Shown: in pieces, positions 12,633 to 22,141 of the stretch
Position numbering within the stretch: position 1 is the first letter of the stretch
How the letters are laid out: each line of letters opens with the position of its first letter
From: Neoechinorhynchus agilis
Taxonomy: Eukaryota; Animalia; Acanthocephala
DNA length: 64,000 bases
Assembly (NCBI GenBank): GCA_051530055.1
Contig: CM121342.1
Coordinates: 2,018,797 to 2,082,796 of the forward strand
Direction: 5' to 3'
The notes under the pieces: model-generated
The model's input: the letters and a program-made list of their open reading frames with translations, nothing else
Databases searched by the model: none
Told to the model about the DNA's origin: nothing
Program-made: the position numbers and the translations under genes

Positions 12633-13401
12633 TGGAATAAAAGTGTAGGTTGTGGAGTTTCGATTTTTTACTGTGATAAAAAGTATTTTAGATAAAAAAT
12701 AAACAATGGGGAAATTATTGGACACTTAATCGTGAATTTAAAAAAGGATTTTGAGTAAAATTCGTGATTTAAAATACCCTAAATATTTTTTGAGTCCATT
12801 GATCAATTTTTATTCCCAAAAAGCCATTGAGATCACCATAAAATAGACGAATACGGATCTTTTCAGCTCAAAATTTTTTATAGTTTCTTTGCTAAACCCT
12901 TGGCAATAATAAAAATCAATTAAATTGATGATCTTCATAAGACATCCATTCTTACGTTTCCCTAGGTCTTTACCCGTCAAGTCTGCCTCTGTTTGGCTTT
13001 AATACCAGCAGGGAGAATCACCAAGGGGTGAGGCGTTCATCTCTTTAGCGTTGGAAAATGACCTTTGAACGTGGTAATCGATCCGAGAACTTTGTATTCT
13101 TTACACGTTTTTATAAAAAAAAGTTATCAGTTTGATGATCGGGACCGATCGGTTGTTGAGATTTCTCAAAAAAATTTTGTCAATTAAAAAATGAAATTTT
13201 GGATGTTTGTAGATGGAAACAATAAAAAATTCAATATTTCTTTAATTGTAAACTGTGTCGCTTCTACTTAAACGCGGCTCTCTATTCCCTCATTACATTA
13301 TTGATAGTAGGGCGATTATTGATTATCTCTAGAAAATTTTACAGAATTTCATTGCCCAGAAAAGCAAGAGCGTTTTTGATCGCCGTAAATTCACGTTTCA
13401 G

Positions 13402-14133
13402 ATGTACTCAGCAGTCCGCCAGACCGTCCGGAATTTGCTCCGTTTCTGGCCACGGACCCTTAATTCCAACATTAGGTATGAATATTCCTTGCTAAACCGT
13501 TTCAGTTCAACAGCATCTCCTGCTAATTTCGTTGATTTCCTTGAACATGAAATCCGAGCCGAAAAGGATCTTCATCGCGAGTCTTCATCCATTGAACCTC
13601 CTTCAGCAATCTCATCCGGATTCAACGTAGCCTACGATGGATCCCTTGTCACTCTCAGTAAACACCAAGGCAGCAAATCCGTCGATGTTAAGTTTTCTGT
13701 GAGTGCAAGCATTGATACTGGAACGGATGACGAGGACGATATCCAGGAAGGACGCGAGGTGAACGAACAAACGAAGATGCTTTCGAGACCGGAATTCACT
13801 ATTGACGTGACTGATCTGAACACTGCTCCGGGTGCTGATGATCGAGTAGTTTCGTTCTTATGTTCGTTTGTCCAGGACGAAGAAGGAGGTGAAACGTATC
13901 AAGTTGACGAATTCGCTATTCATTCCGGCGAAGAGAAGAATCCTAAAGCGTTTTCAGTCGATTGCAGTGTCTTGGATGAAGAACTATATGAACGAATATG
14001 TGAATACCTCGAAACCGAGTTCGGTATTGGGGACGATTTCGCGCAGGATGCGGTCCGCCTAGCCACTATGTATGAACATCATTGCTACGTGAATATGCTG
14101 ACCAAATTGCGGGCATTTGTTGGTCGAAAATAA
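13402..14133 (+). CDS. C1QBP: Mitochondrial acidic glycoprotein p32 / MAM33 family
   Basis: Intronless 243-aa ORF with a basic N-terminal presequence, then FVDFLEHEIRAEK, SRPEFTIDV and LDEELYERICEYL..GIGDDFA..YEHHCYVNMLTKLRAFV, typical of metazoan p32. Confidence 0.9.
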   Translation: MYSAVRQTVRNLLRFWPRTLNSNIRYEYSLLNRFSSTASPANFVDFLEHEIRAEKDLHRESSSIEPPSAISSGFNVAYDGSLVTLSKHQGSKSVDVKFSVSASIDTGTDDEDDIQEGREVNEQTKMLSRPEFTIDVTDLNTAPGADDRVVSFLCSFVQDEEGGETYQVDEFAIHSGEEKNPKAFSVDCSVLDEELYERICEYLETEFGIGDDFAQDAVRLATMYEHHCYVNMLTKLRAFVGRK

Positions 14134-14154
14134 ATGAATTTAATGGATCGCCTC

Positions 14155-16614
14155 GGTTTTTTCATAAACACTTAAAAATAAAACGGATGTTTATTGAAGG
14201 GCAATAAATAAGGGAAGTCTACAGTAAGCTAAGAATTCCACTTTTGGAATTGTCCAAGGAGATTTAGGAATTAGTAAAGCAAAATCTTCTCGCGGAAGAC
14301 CACCTCGCTCTTGACATCTCCCGGATTAGCCGATAATCCGTAATCATGATGTACACCTTGGTTATATGGTTCGAACAACAAAAATGGTATATCTGTTGTT
14401 GTGGTTGGCAGTTGAAAATCTAAAGCCGTCTGAAGCTGAATCTCCGGTTTTAAGTTAAGACTTTCATTCGGTTCCTCGAATTCGTCGCGAAATTGCATGT
14501 AAACTTCATTTTGGTCCGATTGTGGATGCTCATTTGCCTGTTCATTTTTAAATGCTTGAGAAGGTAGAAAATTCTTGAAGGTCCTAAATTGAAAGTTTGT
14601 ACTCATTTTGTCATTGGGAGGAAATTTCTCTTCCTTGATGTCTAAAGATTCAGTTGGTCGTCCGCATTTGTGATGCGATTGTGTCCGATATCCATCTTCT
14701 TTCTCTGGAGGATGATTCGCTATATCGTTTTTTTCTAGTGGAGATGACATCAACTTTTCGAAAATGGGAAATTGAAGGTTTGTATTCAGTTGGTTATTGA
14801 GAGAGAACTTCTCTGGTTTAAAATCTGAAGATGTAGTTGGCCGCTCGCATTTCTGGTGCGATTGTGTCCGAAATCCATCTTCTTCTTTCTCTGGAGGATG
14901 ATTCGCTATATCGATTTTTTCTAGTAGAGATGACACCAACTTTTCGAAAATGGGAAATTGAAGGTTTGTATTCAGTTGGTCATCAGGAGAGAACTTCTCT
15001 GGTTTATAATCTGAAAATGTAGTTGGCCGCCCGCATTTGTGATGCGATTTGGATCGTAATCCATTGTTGTATGAGGTTGGAAGCTCATTTGCTATCTGGG
15101 TGTTGTGTAGATGAGACGATATCAACTTTTCAAAGATTGGAAATTGGACGTCATTGTTCGTTTGCCCTACAGGAGAGAAAACCTCTGGTTGGAAAGTTAA
15201 AGCTTCTGTTGGCATTCCGATTAAATGATGAGATTCTGGGTGCAAACCGTCCATTCCGGGTTTTTTCAGCTGCGAAGATAAGAACTCCAGAATTGGAAAT
15301 TTTAAATTTGTCTCGATATGACCGGGCGATGTGTGATCATTTGGCATTCCGAATCTATGATGCGATTGAGGAATTATCTGTTCGTGGTGGTATACTGGGA
15401 CCGTTACATGTGACGGGTTTAATAATTCCAACGAAACAGGAATTCCTTCAAGCTCAAGTACGGTTTGTAGCATTGATTGAGCTTCATTAAATTGTGGTTT
15501 GGTGGCGGTAACTGGAAAGACATACGCTGCACCACTGATTTCTGTTCTCATTATGAATCCTAGTTTAATTAAACGATCCAAAAGAAGGAGTGCTGTGTAT
15601 TCTTTTAGAATATCTTCATTGATACCCAATCTGTACAATTCGTCCGGTAACCGTATACGAAATAACAGCGGCTCATTGATCTGAATTAATCCGTTCCCAA
15701 TCCGGACGTGACTTGGATGATATTCGATCAAAAAATCATTTATTCGGTGGATTGTGTACGGTAATGATCGAACTCCAACAAATAGGAGAAGACAGTAAAA
15801 AATTGTAGCTTTAGATAACATTGTACGGTGTATTTTACAATTCAAAAGTATCGAACTATACCATATGGAAGGGTTGGTATGCACGGGATTGGAAGTAGCA
15901 AATTATTTGTGTGTTTGCGGTCGATTTTGAAAGTGATGTTTTTATTTGATGGCTTTTTCAACCGGTATAGTTTCTTAGATTTTGTTTTAAAAGTGGCGTG
16001 CATGATATTTAGTATGTCGTAAAGTTTATAATCTCTACAGTGAGCATTCTTCTATCGGACGAACGATGGCCAATCCTCTTCGAAATCAATAAATAATGAC
16101 TCAAAAATACTAGTTTACTCATAATTCCGTAACAATATAGAACGAATGCCGACTGGGAAATTAAATTTTAATTCTGCTTTAATATATTGATGATTATATT
16201 TTCTCGAATTAAATACTAAATAAACAATAATGTTTTGCTGTCCATAATTTTCATAATTTTCATTGAAGTTATTTAGGACACTTTAGTTTGTGTTCGGATG
16301 TTGTTTGCGTTAAATGGCAAATAGATAACTGCGATATATAACCATTTATTGTAAGTTAGTTAAAAACAAAATAAATTCGTAAGCAAATACCTCGAAGATC
16401 TAATTCAAATGCTGAAAAAAAACCTAAGTTCGCTTATAAGAATTATAAACTGATCGAATGTTTATTCGTCAAATAAACTGTTACGTCCGCTCACATTGCA
16501 ATACAGGATTATTACAATATCAGTCTTCAGATTGATATCGTTTATCTAAACCGACTGTGGTTTAGATAGTTTATTTGATCAATGGTCGAAATCTAAACAA
16601 AGAACAAAAATACA
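14155..16614 (-). repeat. Left arm of a 2.46-kb inverted segmental duplication (partner 22142-24602)
   Basis: It is the reverse complement of the right arm, with identical ORF-track proteins and a handful of SNPs in the non-coding parts. Confidence 0.95.
14271..15884 (-). CDS. Orphan secreted protein with about 62-aa internal repeats, copy A (537 aa; likely start M22 at 15821)
   Basis: Long intronless ORF with a signal-peptide-like MLSKATIFYCLLLFVGVRS. The repeat SHHKCGRPT..KPEKFS..QLNTNLQFPIFEKL..IANHPPEKE occurs about 5 times. An AATAAA lies downstream of the stop. Confidence 0.8.
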   Translation of the reverse strand: MHTNPSIWYSSILLNCKIHRTMLSKATIFYCLLLFVGVRSLPYTIHRINDFLIEYHPSHVRIGNGLIQINEPLLFRIRLPDELYRLGINEDILKEYTALLLLDRLIKLGFIMRTEISGAAYVFPVTATKPQFNEAQSMLQTVLELEGIPVSLELLNPSHVTVPVYHHEQIIPQSHHRFGMPNDHTSPGHIETNLKFPILEFLSSQLKKPGMDGLHPESHHLIGMPTEALTFQPEVFSPVGQTNNDVQFPIFEKLISSHLHNTQIANELPTSYNNGLRSKSHHKCGRPTTFSDYKPEKFSPDDQLNTNLQFPIFEKLVSSLLEKIDIANHPPEKEEDGFRTQSHQKCERPTTSSDFKPEKFSLNNQLNTNLQFPIFEKLMSSPLEKNDIANHPPEKEDGYRTQSHHKCGRPTESLDIKEEKFPPNDKMSTNFQFRTFKNFLPSQAFKNEQANEHPQSDQNEVYMQFRDEFEEPNESLNLKPEIQLQTALDFQLPTTTTDIPFLLFEPYNQGVHHDYGLSANPGDVKSEVVFREKILLY

Positions 16615-17519
16615 TTTTTAAATCTCCATCAAAACTGCAAATTTCCCTTTTGCTCCCAGCTTTCAGACGTGTTTGTTTTTGCGTAATGTGGGAAGCGAGT
16701 CAGATCTCGCTGTTTCTACTTTCCTGGTTTTTATCGTTTGCAAAATCTACCATTTGTTCCATAATTCATTTCAGACCCTAAGTTAAATTTTTAGAATTCT
16801 AACGCCATGGCACAATCCTTTTAAAATCTTTTGCCTCCATATAACGAAATTTTAGAAATACTGATTCTAAGGACAAATTGGACAATTGTAGTTTAATGTT
16901 ACACGAAATACAACAAATGTTTGTAACTAATTTTCACATTGAAATCGATGTAAATTTTTCCATCTTTTTGAAATCAATCGCAAAAGTTCATCGAAAGCAT
17001 TTATTAAAAATATAGCTAAATGTAAGCAATAGCAAGTAAAATATAAATCAATATTTTACCAATTTTATTTATCAATAACTCTGTTGTCGTGGAATGACGG
17101 TTTGATCAACTTGAACAATATCAGTCATGAGTATTCTCATCAAATTCGTTATTTCTTTAACAACGACCCTTACAAAGGTTTTGTTAACTCAATTCTTCAA
17201 TCGTTCTTCTACAACCGTGCAACTCGTAAATGCCTAATTTATCTTGGTAATAAGAAAATAAAATGAAGTTCATAAGATTGCCTTGAGAACATATTACATA
17301 ATTAAAGCCTTCATACTGCTTTTGATTTTATTTAAACGCCACCGGAAACTCAAAGCCGTGCGTTATCTTGAAATATGATTCCAAAAAATGAATTCAACAC
17401 AGTTCACCGAGCAGATTTGCTCGAAGTCACGCACCAGAAGCATTTCGCTATTTCGTAAATGCCTATGAGACTTCAACTCCTTTATTGTGATTAATTGTTC
17501 TGGCAACTTTACTCTTAAC

Positions 17520-17830
17520 CTCCCCGATATATGATTTATTGTAAATTTTCGACCGCATGCAGTCCTCTTCAGACATGTATAATATGCGTTTTACATTAAT
17601 TTGTGCTTACATTACTCATTTCAGGTACCCTGGGTCGTAAATCCCGAAAGTGATCTCACACTTCCTTGAGTGTTGGTAAGTTTGATGCTAACTCTTGGAA
17701 TTCTCAGATTCCAAGACTGCGTATTACCCTCTGTACAACATACAGACACAAAAAGCGCCTCCTTGATCACTCTTCTCCTATTGTTAGTTTCCTTGGTCAA
17801 CACTGCAGCTTTCGAAAAATCGATTTCTAA
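17520..17830 (-). mobile_element. Penelope-like element 3' fragment (GIY-YIG C-terminus + HHR)
   Basis: DFSKAAVLTKETNNRRRVIKEALFV..GNTQSWNLRIP resembles the end of PLE endonucleases and is followed by the HHR. Confidence 0.6.
17540..17576 (-). ncRNA. Minimal type I hammerhead motif with intact core
   Basis: tgt-CTGAAGA-G-GACTG catg CGGTC-GAA-AATT-T-aca. It lies downstream of a PLE GIY-YIG C-terminal fragment. Confidence 0.75.
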
Positions 17831-18210
17831 CATCCTAGAGCCGAGCGATCCTTGCCGACTCGATGGTGGTAGACCGGACGGTGTTACTGTATTCCCACGG
17901 CGAGGGGAGGCAAATGCTTTCTCTGCGAATCGCCACTATTAGAACAGAGGGAGCAGCAACCCCCGCCGAGGACGGCAAAAAGACAAAATGCAGGGGCCTG
18001 AGTCGAAATCATTATTTCGTTCCCTTTGGGGTCGAGACACTCGGGTCGTTTGGTACCGCGGCATAGGACCTGGTCAAGCAATTGTCCAAGAGATTGAGAC
18101 GAATCACTGGCGATCCGAGAACAGGGGCATTCCTCCTACAAAACATTAGTCTGGCTGTGCAACGGGAACGCTGCATCCGTACTAAGACGGCAACTGAGTG
18201 ATCCAGAGCG
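17825..18210 (+). mobile_element. CRE-type (RLE) non-LTR retrotransposon 3' fragment, internally deleted
   Basis: NILEPSDPCRLDGGRPDGVTVFP and HYFVPFGVETLGSFG are homologous to 20930-21360. It ends in gtgatccagagcg, shared with other copies. Confidence 0.8.
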
Positions 18211-19703
18211 ATGGGGTAAATTTTTTACCACCAAGTCGTCTTAAGGCAAATGATGAACCTATTAATGGATTATATACGGTCGATTGCTTGTCGAGGTATC
18301 TACAAAATTGTTTTTCTATTATGCAATGAACTCATAATCCATTAAATTTATGATATCATTATTTATTGGGAGCGACATAAGGAGAATTTTGTGCTAATGA
18401 ACGAATTAATCGCTCCGTTCGCAGCAAATCTGCTATTAAGTACTCGACCTGAAAATGTCATTTTACGAAACCTGCTACGCGAATCCACAAGTTGTCGGAC
18501 GTAGAATTACGAAGCAATTTCAATAGTAGCAAAAATCAAAACATAATTTGTTTAAGATACTCAAACACAATATTTACGTTTATAATGACTGTTAAATCCG
18601 GAACGGATGATGGACGGAAGGCTCAATTCGTTTATCATTACGGTATTCTCAGTGGCAAATAAGATAGATGGGATTTAGATAGGATTATTGTTATGATGTT
18701 TATTACTTCATGACAATTTTTATAATTTGTTGTAACAATCTAAGAATTTCCAAAAATTTATATCGACTATTTTAAAATACGCTCCATTGACATAATTGTT
18801 GCAAAACATTAAACTTATTTTTACACCGAATATTGACGATTAGTATATCGTTGTTAAATTTCGTCGAAAAACGTCAATGGATACAAAATCAACTCAAGAT
18901 GAACAGCGTCGAGAACCAATGAGTATAGTAAACGGCATAGTTATCACTGGAAAAGTTAGCGTCTTGAGTGAGGGACTTTTCAATTTAACAAACATTTGCG
19001 CGTTGATAGTCAAGGATAATCTTCTAACTTCGATTCCTACTCTTATAAGGAACCTTGTAAATTTAGAAACTTTGGATGCAACAAACAATCGTCTTATTTA
19101 TATACCACCAGAAATTGGAGAATTGAGTAACCTGAAGGATCTCCGATTGTCCATTAATAAACTAAAGGTGGTACCTGTTGAGATTTGCAAATTAAAGAAT
19201 TTACGTTGCCTTGATCTAAACCACAATCCGTTGCAGGAACCGCTGAAGAGCGTTTATGCGCAGAGAAATTTAGCGAAGACTTTGGAATATCTCTCCCGCC
19301 TTTATGCCCAACGTTTAATTCAGAGACAATAAGAAAAGACCTTACGATGAAGTTGGGATCGCGAAAAATATAAATATAAAGAAACTGTATAAGATTGCAC
19401 TTGTGTTTCGTATTTGAACACGGTGATGAATTTTGTTTTTATCAATAAATAATGATATCATAAATTTAATGGATTATGAGTTCATTGCATAATAGAAAAA
19501 CAATTTTGTAGATACCTCGACAAGCAATCGACCGTATATAATCCATTAATAGGTTCATCATTTGCCTTAAGACGACTTGGTGGTAAAAAATTTACCCCAT
19601 CGCTCTGGATCAATCAGTTGCCGTCTTAGTGTAATGGTCAAAAAGACGGATGCAGCGTCCCCGTTGCACAGCTAGACTAATGTTTTGTAGGAGGAATGCT
19701 CCT
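18124..19703. repeat. Inner inverted repeat (arms about 18124-18368 and 19443-19703) flanking the LRR gene
   Basis: 18200-18368 is a near-exact reverse complement of 19443-19612. The outer parts match the CRE-fragment 3' end, with a 17-nt indel. Confidence 0.92.
18877..19332 (+). CDS. Stand-alone leucine-rich-repeat protein resembling the N-terminal LRR domain of CCR4/CNOT6, lacking the nuclease domain
   Basis: 151-aa intronless ORF. GIVITGKVSVLSEGLFNLTNICALIVKDNLLTSIP...LDLNHNPLQEPLKSVYAQRNLAKTLEYL parallels the recalled CNOT6 ELEISGKVRSLSASLWSLTHLTALHLSDNSLSRIP...GNPLTQDILNLYQEPDGTRRLLNYL. A stop follows immediately. Confidence 0.8.
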   Translation: MDTKSTQDEQRREPMSIVNGIVITGKVSVLSEGLFNLTNICALIVKDNLLTSIPTLIRNLVNLETLDATNNRLIYIPPEIGELSNLKDLRLSINKLKVVPVEICKLKNLRCLDLNHNPLQEPLKSVYAQRNLAKTLEYLSRLYAQRLIQRQ

Positions 19704-21400
19704 AGTGCGATTTTTGGAACGCCTTTAACTCTCTCTCGATAGAGAAAGCATGTTCTGCGCAATTAGGGATCACGCACCAGAAGCCTTCCAATATTTTCTC
19801 AATGCCTACTGGACGGCGACTCCTTTGCTTTTCGAAGACCACCTCATTTGGTCCGAAAGAGGAGTGGAGCAAGAAGATCCCCTCGGTCCAATCGCCGCAT
19901 TCTCTATATTCCAGCTTCAACGCTTGGTACTTGGATGATGCTACGCTCGGAGGTGATCCCTCCGTTGTACTGCGCGATCTGGAGATGCTGATTAGGGAGA
20001 ACTCGAAGATGGGCATTGAGCTTAATGCTGGAAAATGTGAGCTCCTTGTACTGAATATTGGAGACGCCGCCAAAGTCAAGGAACTAGTGGCTGGGTTCGA
20101 GGCCGTACCTCCAGGCCTGAAACTCGTTACTCGGGAACAACTCAGCCTCCTGGGCAGTTGCGTCTTCGATTCAAATCTGGAAGATGAGATCGGCCATATC
20201 ATACCGAAACTTTCGTTGCTGTGCGATAGGGTGTGCGCTCTCTCGGCTCATGAAGCCTTGTTTCTCATAAAGAACGCGCTCTTCATCCCCAAATTATTGT
20301 ACAAGGTTCGCACAGCAACATTTTTCCAACATAAGGAAGGATTGGCTAAGCTCGACGACAAGGTGAGGGCTTGTCTCGAGCGTATTTTATATGTCCAGCT
20401 CTCGCATGAGGCGTGGCGATAAGCTTCTTTGCCTGTGTCATCTGGGGATTGGGGATTCGGGCACTAGTGGACCTTGCTTTACCGGCCTTTCTTGGATCGT
20501 TTGAGGGGAGCCTACCAGTATCGAAGAAAATTTTGAAGGAAAAGTTATGTCTTGACCGGGATTTCGTGGTGGCGGTTGAGGAATGGTGCCAGCAGACAGG
20601 CGCTAACCATGTTCCCGTGAATGGCCTCAGACAGTCGATCTGGGACGGACCTCTTGTCGCGAGAGCTCATGGCTCTCTACTTTCCGGTTCTCGCGATGGG
20701 GTCGTCCGAGCTAGACTGTCGGCAGTTTCAACACGAGAATCTGGGGCGTGGCTGGAGGCTTTTCCTCGGGTATCAGTAGGAACTCTTCTTACTGATGAGG
20801 TAACGAGGATCGCAGTATCCTTAAGACTTGGTCTCCCGATATGCACGCTCCATCGCTGTCGATGTGGGTCTTTGGTTGATGCTTTTGAGGTTCTCACGCC
20901 ATTCTGAAATCAATAGCATAATTTCTCCGGCGTTGAGAACGACGAACTTCCCGAACATCCTGGAACCCGCCCACCTCTGTAGACTAGACGGCCGTAGGCC
21001 CGATGAAATTTCGGTCTTCCCGTGGCGGGAGGGCAAATGCCTTCTCTGGGACGCCGCGTGTGTGGACGCCCTCGCAGCCAGCAACATCCCCTACTCCCTC
21101 GAAATCGCCCGTGGTGCCGCCAGTGCAGCGGAAAGGAGGAAAATACGGAAATATCTTCACTTATCGAGGGTTCACTATTTTGTCCCCTTTGGGGTAGAGA
21201 CGTATGGAGCGCTCTGCAGCTCGGCACTCTCTCTGCTCCAAGATCTCTCGAAGAAATTGAGAGAGGCAACCGGAGACTCAAGAGCAGGCTTATTTCTTCG
21301 ACAAAATATCTCGCTGGCAGTACAACGGGGCAATGCTGCCAGCGTGATGGCGACGGTCGAGGAAGGACAAAAGCTGGAATTTGGTGGGAGGTGGTGAGTG
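19700..21400 (+). mobile_element. 5'-truncated, frameshifted CRE-clade non-LTR retrotransposon (RT + Zn-knuckle + restriction-like endonuclease)
   Basis: GVEQEDPLGP, AWYLDD, HEALFLIKN, RESGAWLEAFP..RIAVSLRLG..HRCRCG, RLDGRRPDEISVFPWREGKCLLWD, FVPFGVETYG, QNISLAVQRGNA. Confidence 0.9.
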
Positions 21401-22141
21401 TGTTAATTGTCGAGAGATGAAGATTGATTGAATTTCAAAAATTATACAGGTTTCAGAAAACATTACCCAGTAAATAAAAATTCGATGTTAAATAAGATTC
21501 CCCATTTTTTATTCATTTATAATTTCAAATTTTTAATAGCGATGTTTTTGTATGCCTCATGACCAGTTCTTAAAAATCTATATTTAAAGTTAGTTCGTTG
21601 CGATCAATGCAGAATTTTATGCTGATGACATTTTAACTCAAGTTGTTTTCTAAAAAAGATACGGCCTTAATGACATTATAAATCACTTCGATGAAATTTA
21701 TCTGTGATCGATTCAAATTTTCGCGCTTAAGTAAAGCCTCGTGTGTTATTTTTATAAACGGTAACCCTTGCGATATTGGAAAATTATTCAAAGATGTTTA
21801 ACAGTGATTAATGCAATTTTCCGTGTTTACGTGAACCGATAAATTGTTTGGCCAAACGGAATTTTCCATTCTTTATTATCGAAGGAGATGCAGCCGCTGT
21901 GATATTGGGGATTTATTTGATTAAAATTGGTCGTGATCAGTGCACTCGTTTCGAGCTTTTAATTTTTTAAATTCTTGAGTGAAATTTGGAATGTCGATGA
22001 ATACATTTATCGTTATTGAAAAAAAATTTTTTCTAAGTGCTGAGAACGATAGGATAAATCCAAAATTCATTAAAATTTTTTTTACAATGATCATGAATGC
22101 TATTGTCACTTCAAATTGCCGTTTAAATCCTCGCATTAAAC

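Noticed and set aside
12960-13110. Match to RNase MRP, SRP or U3 RNA
   Set aside because: Only a partial CR-I-like 15-mer was seen, with no matching P4 partner or box elements. It is kept only as an unexplained island.
14837-15684. Antisense ORFs over the 537-aa gene (and the mirrored ones at 23072-23919)
   Set aside because: They are shadows of the repeat-containing CDS on the opposite strand.
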